Made by a program: the position numbers and the translations under genes. A DNA stretch of 63,948 nucleotides, filler included, from Paramecium tetraurelia (Eukaryota): the NCBI GenBank assembly GCA_000165425.1. It is 6 parts of 5 records of this genome, joined end to end, with 100 filler letters (N's around TTAATTAATTAA, not from the genome) between each part and the next. Parts side by side here need not be neighbours in the genome. Positions count along the whole stretch, not along the records: positions 33,508 to 51,219 come from CT868106.1; 5 more parts are not named here. One strand, written 5' to 3'. Positions 37,330-51,319 of the stretch are shown here, one piece after another (within the stretch, counting starts at the first letter, position 1; each line of letters starts with the position of its first letter). The notes under the pieces were generated by a model, which saw only the letters and a program-made list of their open reading frames with translations, ran no database searches and was not told the origin of the DNA.

Positions 37330-40046
37330 ATGTTTGACCAATAATTTGTGGAACATCGTAAGTCAAAGTAGGAGCAAGTAGTAAATACGAAATCTCGACA
37401 TTTGATTGTGATGAATTAATTAAAGAAGAAAGTAATCATTATTGGATGATTCACTTAGGAAGAAAATTGGAATAATAGATTTTATGTTTAAAATTAAAAT
37501 AAAAATGAATCCGTGGAAAAATAGAAACCCAAGTATTTCAATAATGCAGCAAAATTAATCGAAGTTCAAGATTATTACAATATCCCTGAGTTTCATAGGT
37601 AACATCAATTGACTAATTATTTAGATAGTTGTTTTTGATGTGTCTGCAAACACTACCAAAAAACACTCAAGCAATTCAATTCGAAATAGAAGAAATGCAA
37701 CAAAAGAAATCTCATATATAAGTATTAGAATACCTAATAAATAAGCTATGCATGCAAGCTGTGGAAGCAAGAGAAAAGTGTTTAGCATTTCTGATTAATC
37801 ACATCCAATAATTCTAGGATTGTCCTGGAGATGAACAACTATTGCAAAAAAGTGCTGAATTAATAACACATTTAAGGATTCTCTCAATCAATGTAGTAGA
37901 ACAAATCCTTGGTTGGAGACAATACCTAATGAAATTCTTGGTCAATATCCATTCCCATGAGAGCATCTCGCTTCCATATCTATATCAAAGAGAAAACTAT
38001 TTGATCAAGGTTTAAATCCTCACATTATCTATTTCTAGATGAGAAAGGACATTTCATACATCACAAACTCAATTCTATCTAACTATTATCAATTTTCAGT
38101 TAAACCTGATCCCTTCTTTGTTGCCATTACAAAACCAGCCGAAGATTCAAGTAAGATTGTCCAATTCATATCCAAACCTCTCTTAAAAAGAATAAAAAAT
38201 TGTGAAGTAATAATATAAGAAGAGACTTCATCAATTGCTAAGGATGATAAATCAATATACAATCAAGCAAACTCCAGAGATCAAATTAAAATGAGTCCAG
38301 AAAAACCAATCCAACCAGGACGAATAAGACCTCCTAAAAGATAGGAATAAAGTTAAAATCAAAAAGTAATTTGTGTTTTAAATCCCCTTTTTAGAGAATA
38401 ATATATAAATAACATGATCAAAATGAAATCATTAGCACTATTCCAAAAGTTGTTATAGCAAGATAGCCAAATAAGTAAGGAAGTGCTACACCTTAGAAAT
38501 AAAACTCAATTAAAGTGACAACCAATAATGATTCCAATAACAAGTAACATGCATAAGTAAGTCTTCCATTATCTGAACAAAAACATTAAAATTCTCTTCA
38601 TACAGCTGGACCTATTGCTGATCAATAAAATGGAATTCCAGAAGAGGATGATACATTGAAAGTAAAAAAATGCAAATTGACTGATGAAAAAGTTATAGAT
38701 CATTTAAATAATATTAATGAGGATTTCAAAAAGTCATGGAGAGGAGAAATTCAACTGATGCAAAATCAATATAATCAATAAGATGATAGCTTCTGTTTAG
38801 GAATATATCAAAAATCCTAGTTGATGGCTTTGGGATAGTGTTATCTAGATCAGTCTTTATAAGAAAGAAGAATAGTGTTAAGTCACTTTTCAACGGTAGA
38901 TCCCCAATAATTTCAGGAGTTGCTTAAAGTTATTATCTAATTTATTTGGGAAATTGATCCCCTTGCCAAGAGATAAGAATGGCATTATATCATTACAATT
39001 AGAATGATTCATTCTAAGCTAATAAAGAAATTACAACCAAATTGAAAGAATTGGGATTCAAGTGGAAAGTTGTGTAAAGTGTTAATTCAGAAACAAGATT
39101 CACAGTTATGGGTATAGTATAATATTATCAAAGCCATTAGAAGACCTTCTGACATAGATCAACCTAAATAGTTCGATCCCATATTCTTATAACATCTTTA
39201 CCTTACTTGTGATAGCAATACAATATAAAATACAGATGCATTTACATCTTTGTATTGTCTGACCACTCTGAATACAAAGATAGATCTGGATAATGAGACA
39301 ATTAGTTCGCACAAGGACAATCTCATAAAGACTGTATAATAATATTGAGATTTAAATAGGAATTTGGATTTAGGGGGATTAAACTGCAAGAACATTCAAG
39401 TGATGACTTTAATGCCTACATTAAATAGTACTTTGAGGGTTTTGAATAACTGAACCTATCCAATTCTGAGGTTTCACTTTCATCAGATAAAGTCATTAGC
39501 AGCTTTTGCAAAGAGTGTTTTAAATGGGCGAAATGCAGATTGGCATAACATCAAAGACTCATTTATAATGGATTTCCATCTGTGTCTAACGCTGAGACTG
39601 CGAAGGTTTTCATGTCTGATTCTGGAAACCTTAAAGTTTACTTGATATCCTCTGATTAAAGTAGTACAAGCATTTTTGTATTTGAATGTGAGTTATCAAT
39701 TTTATTGTAGATAATGAGGAGATCACTATGTAGAAAGTACAATCAATTTTAAACCAATGTGGAGTACAAGTACCAATAGATTAGAATCTTTATGTCCCCC
39801 AATTCATAGTGAATAGTAAGGTTAGGTTTTCAGACAATGTAATTGGATTAGGGAGATTTAGTACTTAGTACAGACCTAAGATGGTTGATGTCTAAAATGC
39901 GGAAGGTTATATTATCAAACCTCCATTTGTATTTGGTATCATCTATCATATGACAATTAGGGATATTGAACGAGGACTTCAATGAGATCACGGGAATGCC
40001 CAATTTGTTTTTTAAAGTTTAGGATACTCACTGTATCTAACTATGA
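37330..40046 (+). CDS. Uncharacterised multi-exon ciliate protein, possibly with a serpin-like C-terminal segment
   Basis: Exons include AVEAREKCL..HLRILSINVVEQILGWRQYL..PYLYQRENYLIK, LKELGFKWKVV and LYVPQFIVNSKV..YIIKPPFVFGII; short GT-AG introns; exon structure near the 5' end uncertain. Confidence 0.72.
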
Positions 40047-40190
40047 TCAATAATTTTTATATGTTATGATATTTATAACCACTCTATCTTCATAAATTGA
40101 TTTGTAATAGTATAAGTAGGAATAATAGAATTAGGATATAAATTAAAGAATCATTCAAGAATTAAAAGATATTAATTATTTTAATATAAA

Positions 40191-41822
40191 ATGGATTATG
40201 GGTATTACTGCTCAATATTGGATCATACTAATGAGCCAATAATTGGATTTTGCTTCTATTAGGAATGTGATAAACCAAAATAAATCTGTTTTAATTGTTT
40301 CAGCCAATTACATTAAAGACATCAAAATGATTGTCTGAGGTTCGACAAAATTGCACTAATGATATCAGACAGTGTTAAAATCTTAGATAATTTGGAAAAA
40401 CAAGAATAGAATAAAATGGAAAATATGATCAATTTGTTCAAAAAAAATCTGAAGTTTATATCTAGTGAGAAGGCAAAGCTGGCTTAATTATTATAATAAT
40501 TAAATAATTAAGACTGCTCTTAAGTTCATAATCAATTTAGAATAATTAAAGCAATGGAGAAATGTTACCTTGAATAAATATGTCAAAAACAATAAATATT
40601 GGTATAAATTTCATTTTAATTCTTTAGGATTGCAATTAGAGGAAATAAAAAAGTTCGAGAGGTCTTTGGATTAGTTCTTTTAACCATATTTGAAAGCTGA
40701 TACTATTTTTATTTCAACATCTGAACCACAAGCTCAAATTGGATCTATAGAGAGATAAAATAGCAATAGAAGTTAAGAATCACCAACTTAACCTTAGGGA
40801 TTGAAGTCTGAATCACTAGCAGTGGAGTGCTTAACATCAGGTTAAATCGCCATAATATTTTAGCTGTTGATTTATATAAGGAGGACAACTATTAGGATGC
40901 TTTAAATTTTAGCAACTAAGCTATAAAAATAAATTCTAACCTTGAATAGGCATATTTGATAAAGGGTAATAAAGTCTATTAAAAATAAATAAGGTCTTTG
41001 TTTAGTTCATTTAGAGTAGTTTGAGGAAGCCGTGGATTCCCTTAATGACTGTTTAAGATTGAATTTAAAAATAGAAACAGTTTATTATCATAAAGGTAAG
41101 AATTGGCAATTTTAAATGATCAGGTTACAGCTTATTTGTCTTGAAACAATTTGACGAAGCAATAGAATGTTTTGATAGAGCCTTGGAGCTTAAAGCGAAT
41201 CCAGATTTTTATCTAAAGAAAGGTTTCATTAATCCAGATATTTTGTAGCTTAAGCCTTAATGTCATAAGAAAAATATAATCAAGCACTTGAATCTGTTAA
41301 TCGAGCTCTCGACATAAAAACTAAGAAAGAATATTTGCATCTAAAAGGTATATTGGAAATGTAATTCAAGGGGCCATTTTACATAAATTAGGGAATTCTT
41401 AAGAAGAATTAAATTGTTATTTAGCAGCACATGGATTAGATCCAAACTCATCCTCCATAAATCATAATATTGGTATTATTCTCACTTATGAAAAGGTGTT
41501 GCACTCCACAAATTAGAAAGATATTAAGAGGCATTGCAATATTTTGATGCTGCTCTAGCCGTTGAACCTGACTCACCAGATACATTAAATCAAAAAGGTT
41601 CTACTATTTTTAATTTTAGGTATCACTTTACTAGCCTCATAAAGTTATTAAAAAGCATTGGAGTGTTTTGACTCTGCTTTAGCATATAAAGAGAAACCAG
41701 AGTATCTAACAAATAAAGGTAGATATTTCTTTAATTGAGTAGCTAAAACTCTTAATTTCTTAAAGCGATAAAAAGAAGCATTAGATATTTTTGAATATGT
41801 TAGTAAGAATTATGGCGAATGA
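40191..41822 (+). CDS. TPR-repeat protein with N-terminal Cys/His zinc-binding-like motif and coiled coil
   Basis: CSILDH..PIIGFCFYQEC..ICFNCFSQLH, then TPR units such as AYLIKGLCLVHLEQFEEAVDSL and YHKGYSLFVLKQFDEAIECFDRALEL; TGA at 41820-41822. Confidence 0.9.
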
Positions 41823-41872
41823 TAATTCAAAATATGTTGTAATAATGTAATAATAATTGTTTGTAATAATAA

Positions 41873-42847
41873 TCATTTCATAAATTATAAGAGTTTTCTT
41901 TAATTTAACTTCAAGTTAACTAATTATTGCATGTATTCAAGAGTAACAAAGAATATCTAATCCTGTTTTACTAGACAAAATTATAATGCCATAGCATCAA
42001 GTAAGTTAAGATCCAGAATAGAGAAGAGTTTCATATTCTACAACAGTCTTCTAGATCTTATTTGATTGTTTTTGAGGCAGAATCCGCATGGAATTTTTAT
42101 CGTATTTAGGGAGTTTGAGCAATTGTAAATTGGACTCTTTGGATGAGATTGTCGATATTGTTGTATTAAGATTATGAATTTGATAAATCTAGAAATTAGA
42201 TCTGTTTGACTCCTTTTTGGTTATACAATCTTTGATATTTTCTTCCAATCAAAGCTTAATTAAATGGCTTTTTGGAGTAACAGGATGTCATCTTGAATAG
42301 TGAAAGGACTTTTGCATAAACTAGGATCAAGTACATTATTCCATCTGTGCTTGCAATTGGTTTTGTTCTTGTCGAGCCTCAAAGCTATTTCTAGCCAATT
42401 TAGCTATTAATTTCGAAATTGGGTCAGCTTGTTGTCCAATTCGTTGGTCCAATTATCTTGCAGAGTGATCCAAAAGGCTTTGACTTCTGAAAGAGATTTG
42501 TTTAAGACTTGTGCAATTTCAGGCCAGAATTGATGATTGACTCCCACTTTACAGATGGTTTTAATGAGCCAGTCTCTTTAGAATTTAGTGAATGCATCAG
42601 TATCGCTGTCAGTCATGAGCTAATCATCATCATTTTCATGAAATATTTGAACATTATATAGAGTGAGCATTTGTTATAGATTATGACTAAGTTGAGTGAA
42701 ATTGAGCGATAAAGATTCAAGAAAGTCTTTAAATTAAGTTTGAGACATCATTGATATTTTGACGAGCTTTTGTGGTATTTCCTTTAATAAATAAGGTGAC
42801 TTTCTCTTAATAAATTATAGATCATTTGGTTGGCCAATATTGTTCAT
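41873..42847 (-). CDS. Myb/SANT-domain DNA-binding protein
   Basis: FWPEIAQVL; WTNELDNKL..NWLEIALRL..NCKHRWNNVLDPSLCKSPFTIQDDILLL..DWKKISK; one +1 homopolymer frameshift at ~42490-42493. Confidence 0.85.
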
Positions 42848-42896
42848 TAAGAATGTTATAAATTTTGTTTTTAATAGATATGCTTTATCAATATTC

Positions 42897-44621
42897 TCAA
42901 ATTTATTATTATTATTTTTATTAGATCATCTGCTCTTCATTGTTCAAGAATGAAGGTTAACCCGTACTGGCTAACAATCTTTGCCATTCTCGACTGTCAG
43001 CTACAACCCTATTGGAGTACTTTCCAGACAGCAATTCTTCAATTGGAATGTAAGCTAATCTGTTATTAACATGACCAACAGTAAATCCAGAGAAACCAGC
43101 CATGGCACCATGAACAGCATTTTGAGCCAATTAAGTGCACATGATCTTATCATGAGGATTAGCTGGGACTGTTCTGATCATATATGTAGGATCGATGTGT
43201 TTAAGAGTGATACTCATTGCTTTGTTTTTGCAATACTTAGTAAGTTCATCTTTCACTATGACACCAACATCCTAAGGTTTTTTGTTACCTGATGCATCAG
43301 TCTCCAAGACATTAACTTTATAATCCAACATAGCATCTCCTGCTCCTTCAGCAATGACAAGGACCAAAGTGCCCTTCTTCTTGAGTCTCTAGTAACAGTA
43401 CTCCAAAAGACCTCGTTCTCCATACAATTCAAATCTGAATTCTGGAATCAAACAAACATGTGCATCTCTAGAAGCATTGCAAGCAGACATAGCAATGAAA
43501 CCAGCATTTCTACCCATTAGTCTGACCAATCCCACTCCATTTTCTGCACAATTAGCTTCAACATATGCTGATCTAATGGCATTAATTGCTTCCTTGTTAT
43601 GTAATTATAATATTTACTTCAACAGCTGTCTCAAAACCAAAAGATTCATCTATTATAGCAATGTCATTATCTATAGTTTTAGGAATACCCACAATTGATA
43701 TCTTGAGCTTTCTCTTTCTTAATTCTTTAAACAATTCCAACACTCCTCCATGAGTACCATCTCCTCCTAAACAGAATACTTGATTAATTCCATGATTAAC
43801 AATAGCCTCTACAATCTTGTTTAAATCAAATCCACCTCTTGATGAACCTAAAATAGTTCCTCCCAAAATTATGAATGTTTTTAACATAGTTTGCATCAAA
43901 CTTAATCCAATCATAAGTATAAAATCCCTTGTATCCGTACTTGATTCCATAAATATCTTAAACACCATAGTTGTAATGCAAGGACATATATAATTCTCTG
44001 ATTACCACATTCAATCCTGGACATAATCCTCCACATGTCACTATTGCAGCCTACACATTAGACTATTTATACTTTGACTGTCTTTGGATCAAAGAACAAT
44101 GATTTGCGTGGTCCTGCTCTCAACCATTTCTTTGTCTATTCTATCCTTTTACCAGGACCAAATACAGCTGTATTAATTACATAGGATCCACAATAAACAA
44201 AGGCGTCATCTGGTAAGAATCCTTCTCCTCCAAAGACTGATCTCAGATTGCCTTCTCCCAATAATGGGGATTTAATATTTGGAAATTCATCATCCAATCC
44301 AAGTGAGAGATGATTGACTCTCTCGATATCACAAGTTGCACTGTTTAAGAATTTGATTTCATCAAGCAATGGATTCTCAGAGTTTAAGAGTGCTTCTGGA
44401 ACTGGAGCCTGTTTGGAGTTGACTATATTAATATCCAATATTACTAAATGATCCTCTTTCTAAGTGTTAGACTTCTCAAAGGCTTAGGCTCTTCAGCTAC
44501 ATCCTTCTTGTTCAATCGATTTATCAGAAAATCGGTGATCAATCCAGATGCCAATGTAATTCCAGCATAAAAGAGAGTGGAATCTAAATGTATAATTATC
44601 TTATTTACTTGATTCACTCAT
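42897..44621 (-). CDS. PFK: 6-phosphofructokinase of the plant/trypanosomatid-type (group X) family, predicted ATP-dependent
   Basis: [72 protein letters not shown]; single-base homopolymer frameshifts at ~43865 and probably ~44480. Confidence 0.93.
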
Positions 44622-44871
44622 TTAGATAAATTTAATTAAATAAATAATAAATCATAATAATATATTTATGACACTAATATCCTTCTCTTCGTTTTCCTAG
44701 TGGTAGGGATATCAAATTAGATAGTATCTTTATTCATTTTCCATATTTCCATTTTTATTTACTTAACAACCACAAAATCAGGATGTCATTCAGAAATCAT
44801 CTGTTTCTGGGGATTCGTCTAGTCAGATGAGTTAAATAAAATAGTTGTTTAATTTTAGTAATTTTATTAAA

Positions 44872-45498
44872 ATGTAAAAATAAAGACTCAAGCAATTGTA
44901 ATTGGATTAGCCTGGCCCCAAAAAGCAAAGCTCAGCCTATCGTAAGTTTTATGACGAACAACTCGTTCTCCTTCAATAACAATACCCCAAAAGAACCACA
45001 GAAGAACTTATTAAATTGATCAACCTGAAATGGAAAGTCAAGGAGAAAATGAATAAACAAAAGTACTTCTAAAAAAATGGTTATGTGAACATCAACGATA
45101 CTGAAAGAGTACCTGTACCCTAGCCTCCTCCTCCAGTGATGATAATGTTTAATATTTTATAATGACTCCAAGCTTCCAAAAACATATGAGAAAACAACTT
45201 GAGATGACCCATCCAGAGTACAATGGAACTTAGATAGATCGCACAATTAAATTCGAATGGGGTTCAAATTCGGCCTTGAAAGAGCAAGCAGCAGAGGAAT
45301 ACAAAAAGTTGAGACAAGTTAATTACTATAAAATATGTATAGGAATTTGAAAACCAAAAGAAAGATTTCATTATTAAATATGGTTTCTGGCCATAGCACA
45401 AAAAGCATTAAAATGAGTCAGGGAATCAGATCCAACATCCCAGTCAATAGGCAAATCCATTGGCTTGCTTGCTCAACAAAAAAGTCAAATATGAATGA
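44872..45498 (+). CDS. Tandem HMG-box protein
   Basis: PKKQSSAYRKFYDEQ..LQQQYP..ELIKLINLKWK, second box PPPVMIIFQKHMRKQLEMTHP..IKFEW..EFENQKKDFIIKYG; two short introns; TGA at 45496-45498. Confidence 0.78.
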
Positions 45499-46339
45499 AA
45501 TCAATCAGAATGAGTTAAAAATAATACAACAAACTACTTACAATCCAAATATCATAAGCACTATTCGCAGTTCTATCTCCTCATAATAGATATTTAGAAT
45601 TACTTAATTTTAAAATTAAAATCTTTTCTTATCACCCAAAAGAGCGCGAACTTCAACCAATTAAGATAACATCTCATCCATCACATTCTCACAACTATAT
45701 TATGCTATTTTTACAATTTTGCCATCTTTCGCATTTTCAGACACTCCCCTTCTACTGTCTCATTACCCAATTCCAAACATACTCATTATTTCATAAATGG
45801 ATCTTTATCTTTAATGAATTTCAACTTATATGACACACCATTCTTCCTTATACAAACCTAAAAACTACTTAAGGGATTAATAGAAATAAAGAAAAATGCA
45901 GATTATAAAATCAGCCATTTGATTTCAAATAGTAATTTAAGAGCTAACAAACAAAAATGCTCAACAAAATCAAAAAATATTCATGAAAGTTCTAATTTTT
46001 ATTCCATAACCATGATGTCTTAATATCTAAGAGAAAAAAAATAATATAATTTTCTAACTCCTCTGGGATTATAATTTTATTCTAAATTTTTTAATCATTA
46101 AATATTAAATTTGGTTTGAAGAACTCTCAATAAATTACAAGCCCTTTTTGATTAGGATTTGAAAAATAAACAATTATTTTAGTTGAAATATATTTTCAGA
46201 TATTGATTACATATTATTTGTTGGTTGATTTTATATAATGCAATTTAAAAATTTATCATTATAAAAAAATATTTATAAGAATTAAATTTATAAAACGAGG
46301 ACAATGGATGAAGAATTGAATAAAATAGATAAAAATGAC

Positions 46340-46807
46340 TCAATTCTTCTTAATTAATTTTCTTGTTTGATATTGATGATTTGGGACTGCATTTTCATCA
46401 TTGTATTTGGTTGAACCTTCTGAACTAATGATAATTATAAATAGAATACCTATTTGCTTTTTTGGGAGTACTTCTGGTTTCTTCAATTCCTCATAATCTA
46501 GTTTTCTGGAGTTAGTTTTGCATATTTCAACATCCTAATAATTAGAGAAGAGGTAATACTTCAAGTCTATTGATTTTAGAGATTAAATCCCCTTTTTCTT
46601 AGAGTAATTCTTTTAGTTATTGAGTCAGAACAACATTGGCGATGTATAGTCTCATATATTCATGTTAATAATTGATTCCCCTTTTTTGTTCAAATGATGC
46701 TGCAATGTCGTCATCAATTTATTCTCCTATAGTTGGAGTGTAGAGAAGTCCCTTTCTAACGGAGTCACTAAAAAATAGTTGGAAAATGGATACCAATTAT
46801 CAAGCAT
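46340..46807 (-). CDS. Short coiled-coil protein resembling the N-terminal part of a Paramecium C2H2-zinc-finger family but lacking the finger; frameshift present
   Basis: YQHEYMRLYIANVVLTQQLKELLQEKGDLISKINRLE, a short intron and a residual SEGS; frameshift near 46680. Confidence 0.5.
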
Positions 46808-47110
46808 TTGAATTCAAATTTATTATTATTTATGTAATGTAAATTATTTAGTAATGAAATTATATTCATAAAATTAATAAAGATACCGTAACAAAATATT
46901 GACAGAGATATGATGCTATGTACATATATAATGAATTTGATTAATTTTAATTGGAATCTCTAACATTTACTAAATTTAATCAGAGTTGATATGTGAATAA
47001 TTAGGAGATCTCTAACTCAAGTAGAGGGATGAATATCAATAAATAAGAATATATGAATGTGATTACAATTCCTTAGTATCAAGTGATTAGAAATGATTTA
47101 ATATTAAATA

Positions 47111-48503
47111 ATGAATATATATTCGCGATTCTTGAGTAGATATTACTTTGGGACAGTGAAGATCTTCAAGTTGCCTGATTTGGGGGAAAGTAAAAATTAT
47201 ACTGATTTTAGAGATCAAGGAGGCCACAATAAAAAAATGGCATGTTAAGATAGGAGATCACGTAAACGAAGTACGTCATTTTTTGATAATAGTTCGATCC
47301 TATTGCGGATGTTTCAACAGATAAGATGTTCACTCAAATTCCAAGTAATTACACTGGGAAGGTTCATAAGTTGTTCCATTAGGAAGATGAAACTTGTTTG
47401 GTGGGTGGAGATTTCTTAGAGATTGAGATAGAATCTGATAATCAATAATCAGCATAATCAGAGACTCATCATCATTTCAGTTAAATAAGAAGATTCAAAG
47501 CAATAAGAAATTCATTAAACAATCCAAACAAACAATACAACCTCTGTATTATTAGTTGAATTAATCTTAGAATCACAAATTGGCTACACCTGCAGTACGT
47601 CATTTGGCCAAGCAAAAGGGAATCGATTTGAGCAAGGTTTAAGGCAGTGGCAAAGACGGAAGAATATTGAAGACAGATCTTGAAAAGGATAAGCAATCTC
47701 CAAAGGAACAACCATCATCATCAACTAAAATTAACAATAAAAGTGAATCTACTTCAACCGTCATCAAAATGTCTGATTTTTAGAAGGGAATGCAAAAGTC
47801 AATGACAGAGGCCAATTCCATTCCTCACTTATACTTAAAAGAAGAAGTCGATCTCACAGAATTAGCATAAATGAGAGAATAATTGAAGAAAGAAAAGAAT
47901 ATCACATTCATGACTCTACTCATCAAATCATTTTCATTGGCATTGGCTAAATACCCAATATTGAATTCTACATATGATCCCACTAAGCAATTCGAATACA
48001 CATAACATTTATCACACAATGTCTCTGTGGCCTTAGACTCTCCAAAAGGTTTAGTGGTTTCCAAATATTAAGAATGTATAGAATCCTATCAATTAGTTAA
48101 ATTCAAGATGAATTGAATAGGTAACTTCGATTCTTAATTCATAACTAGATTACGAACTTTGGGAGAAAAGGGATAGTTGAGTTTTAACTGCCTCATGTGG
48201 AGGCAGCATATGATAACGTTTGAGTAATATCGGTACAATTGGAGGCACCTACACTGGTCCACTCATACTGGCCCCATAGGTTTGCATAGTTGGAATTGGC
48301 AGGTTGATAACTGTGCCAAGATATGATGCAAAAATGAACATAGTTCCAAGGAAAATTGTACTTTGAAAACTTTATATATTTAGATGAACCTAAGTTTTGG
48401 TTGTGATCACAGAGTGATTGATGGTGCAACTGTAGCTAGATTTAATAATGTTTGGAAAACCTATTTGGAAAATCCAACATCTATGTTTATTCATCTTAAA
48501 TGA
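47111..48503 (+). CDS. DBT: Branched-chain alpha-keto acid dehydrogenase E2 (dihydrolipoamide branched-chain transacylase), with local frameshifts
   Basis: Lipoyl domain [25 protein letters not shown]3-binding [31 protein letters not shown], catalytic [10 protein letters not shown] and [14 protein letters not shown]; indels at ~48060-48220. Confidence 0.9.
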
Positions 48504-48579
48504 TTATTAAATTAAGGGTAGATAAAGAAAATTATAATAATTAATACTAAATAAAAAAGGATTCTTACCTATCAAATTC

Positions 48580-49470
48580 TTAATTTATTCTACTTCCAAA
48601 ATTCCGTCTCCCTTTTTGGATGGTCAACCTATTGAAACCTATTCTTCTGCCATTAGGTTATCTAACTATAAGGATAATTTTAGAGATAGTAGTTATCATA
48701 CATCTTGGAGTAGATATCAAAATATATGGATTGTCACTAAAGATCTCAGTTTCGAATCAGTGTCTAGTCATTTAATAGACACTTCAACTACTTTGAATTA
48801 ACAGATAAATTGGGAAGAGGAAGTAAAGAAAATATTATCTGACTCTGAAAATTATCAAAATAGAGATTCTAGTAATTATCTTGTGCTTTATGGCTTGAAT
48901 ATTGTTTTAAGATTAACAAGAGTCGGACTATGACGACAGATTGAAATATATCGATCATTTCCTAATTAACTCTCTTAAAATAACATGTAAAATTATTACT
49001 ACTAATTAAATATGGCATACTAATAAATAAATGACAACCTATTTGAACAATAGATGGGAGAAATCAAGAATTTTAAAATAGGATATTAGAAAAGCATTCA
49101 TTAGCGATAAAGAGTGCATAAGAATTAATAAGGAGGAAAATATTAAAAAAAGGTGAGGGGTAGTAAAAAAATATCGAAAAAACAACTAAGTAACAATTTC
49201 TGTAAAAAGTCTTGTTAATAAGATGAATCCATAAAAATTTAATAAGAAGATGAATCGTAGAATAATTTAATTTCAAATATTTCTAGAATTAGCTTAAATT
49301 ATTTTGGGGAGAACAGTAATAATGGAATAGAGGAAATCAAAGCAAGACTATTTAGCTTAAACTTAGAGGAATCAAATCAATAATTTTATGCTGTATTAGA
49401 CTCTAATCACACATTTGGTTTTATTAATTAAAATCAAGTGAAAAATATTGAATAAAATATAATAATTTGA
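48580..49470 (+). pseudogene. Uncharacterised coding-like sequence without a clear start and with internal TGA
   Basis: Open stretch LPKFRLPFLDGQPIETYSSAIRL...QINWEEEVKKILS, then a TGA at ~48930 and a Glu/Lys-rich stretch. Confidence 0.3.
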
Positions 49471-50327
49471 ATATGAATTAAACTCATAATGTTAATTTTT
49501 AAATTCTCATTTTATAAGAATTATCTTAGAAATTAAAATAATATTTTATGTATGTTAAAAACAAGAATTTTTAATTCTACTTTAAATAATTCGATCGAAA
49601 CATAAATTGATTTTATAATTATACCAAAATGAATCCTAATATCATCATATAATAAAGCAAATGTGGTTGAATATTACACAAGTTATTGCATCCAATCAGT
49701 CACTCAATGAGAGAATGAAAATAATTATTTGCAATCATACAAGCAGGTATCTTTGCAATCAGAAATCGCTTTAGTTTTCATTGCATTCGTGGGCAGTTTA
49801 CTTAATGAGAAATGCTTGGAATATCAATCATAATATCCAATTTAAAAACAATTTTTACTAATGGAGGTAAGATTATTATAATATTAATCTTATTGGATAA
49901 TTCCAAACACAATTTAAAATGAAAAGTATAAAAATTAAATTTATATTGGTTTAATTAGCTACATAGTTCAATCATATATATATGTTTTTATTTTAAAACT
50001 TTATTTCAAATTAATTTGCATGCATTAATATGAGATAAATTATTTCATGTATTGATTAATGAAGCTTAAAGTTATTCAAAATATTTTAAATATTTCAAAT
50101 ACATACCAAGATTTGTGATATTTAAAAATGTCATAAGAACATAATTGTGATTAATCCTTTTTTAAGCAAGGATGAGATAAGTGAAACTTTGAGAGATTTT
50201 GTTCCTGTTATAAAACAAATTGATATTTGATATAAAGTTAATTATTTTGAGTTATTAGAAGTGATTATTAATATATAAATACCCCCTTATTAATGAATTA
50301 TTTAAATCCACATTTTTTTATAAATTA

Positions 50328-51219
50328 ATGGAAGGCGGAGCTTAACCAACTACAAATGAAGCAAAGGAGGGACATGAATTACATGTTCAGACCTTAGAAA
50401 ATAAGATTAGGGAACTTCCACTTAAGGATAGACTCAAGGCTATTGCCATCTAACATCATTATCTATAAAAGGAGAAATTAGACAAGGAATGTGAAGAGAA
50501 GATCCATGCCCTTTAAAAGCAATATGATATCAAATCTTTACCAATCTATGCAGAATAACAATCCCTCATTAATGGCTAAAGAGCTGTGAGTGCAGAGGAA
50601 CAAGAACTATTCAAGGAATTCTTTTCTGAAGCTGAATTATAAGAAGCCTAATAAATTGCCTAAAAAGCTGAACCAATTGAAAATTATTGGGGAACTGTCT
50701 TAACAAATTGCGATAATTTATCTCATGTCTTTGGAGAGAAGGACAAGGACATCCTTAAATTCTTAACCTCAATTGTTTTGGAAACATCAGCTGATACTGA
50801 AGTCTTCACCCTTAGATTCACATTCAAGGACAATGAGCACTTCAAGAACAAAGAATTGACAAAGAAATTCATCATTGAAGAAGGCAAAGACTTCCCAACA
50901 AGTACAGTTGGAACTGTGATAGAATGGAATGAAGGCAAGGATGTTACAGTTAAGATTGTAGAGAAGGTAATAATGTGTTAGTATGTTAGAAATAAAAAAA
51001 CAAAAAGACTGGAGCTTCAAGAACAATCAAAAAGAAGGAAACTCAATTGAGTTTCTTCAATTTCTTCAAGAATTCAGAAGATAAGGATGAGGGAGAAGAA
51101 GAAGGAAAAGCAGGAGTATTTATAATTATGAGAATTTATAGAATATTGATGAAGATTATGAAATTGGAAAGACCATTGCAGAAGAAGTCATTCCTTACAG
51201 TTTGGAATATTTCTTAGGA
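50328..51219 (+). CDS. NAP1: Nucleosome assembly protein (NAP1 family); 3' end lost in the gap
   Basis: PIENYWGTVL..GEKDKDILKFL..FTLRFTFKDNEHFKNKELTKKF..GTVIEWNEGKDVT..SFFNFF..DYEIGKTIAEEVIPYSLEYFLG. Confidence 0.93.
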
Positions 51220-51319
51220 NNNNNNNNNNNNNNNNNNNNNNNNNNNNNNNNNNNNNNNNNNNNTTAATTAATTAANNNNNNNNNNNNNNNNNNNNNNNNN
51301 NNNNNNNNNNNNNNNNNNN
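51220..51319. other. Artificial scaffold linker
   Basis: 44N-TTAATTAATTAA-44N. Confidence 0.95.

Noticed and set aside
42490..48220. Programmed ribosomal frameshifting in the Myb, PFK and DBT genes
   Set aside because: The shifts are mostly single-base changes in homopolymer runs of otherwise conserved genes, the pattern expected from sequencing consensus errors. There is no Euplotes-type AAA-stop site, and TAA/TAG are sense codons here.
35113..51219. Functional cluster of chromatin genes (ASF1, Myb, HMG-box, NAP1)
   Set aside because: They are interspersed with metabolic genes, and these families are common in a gene-dense genome; there is no evidence of co-regulation.
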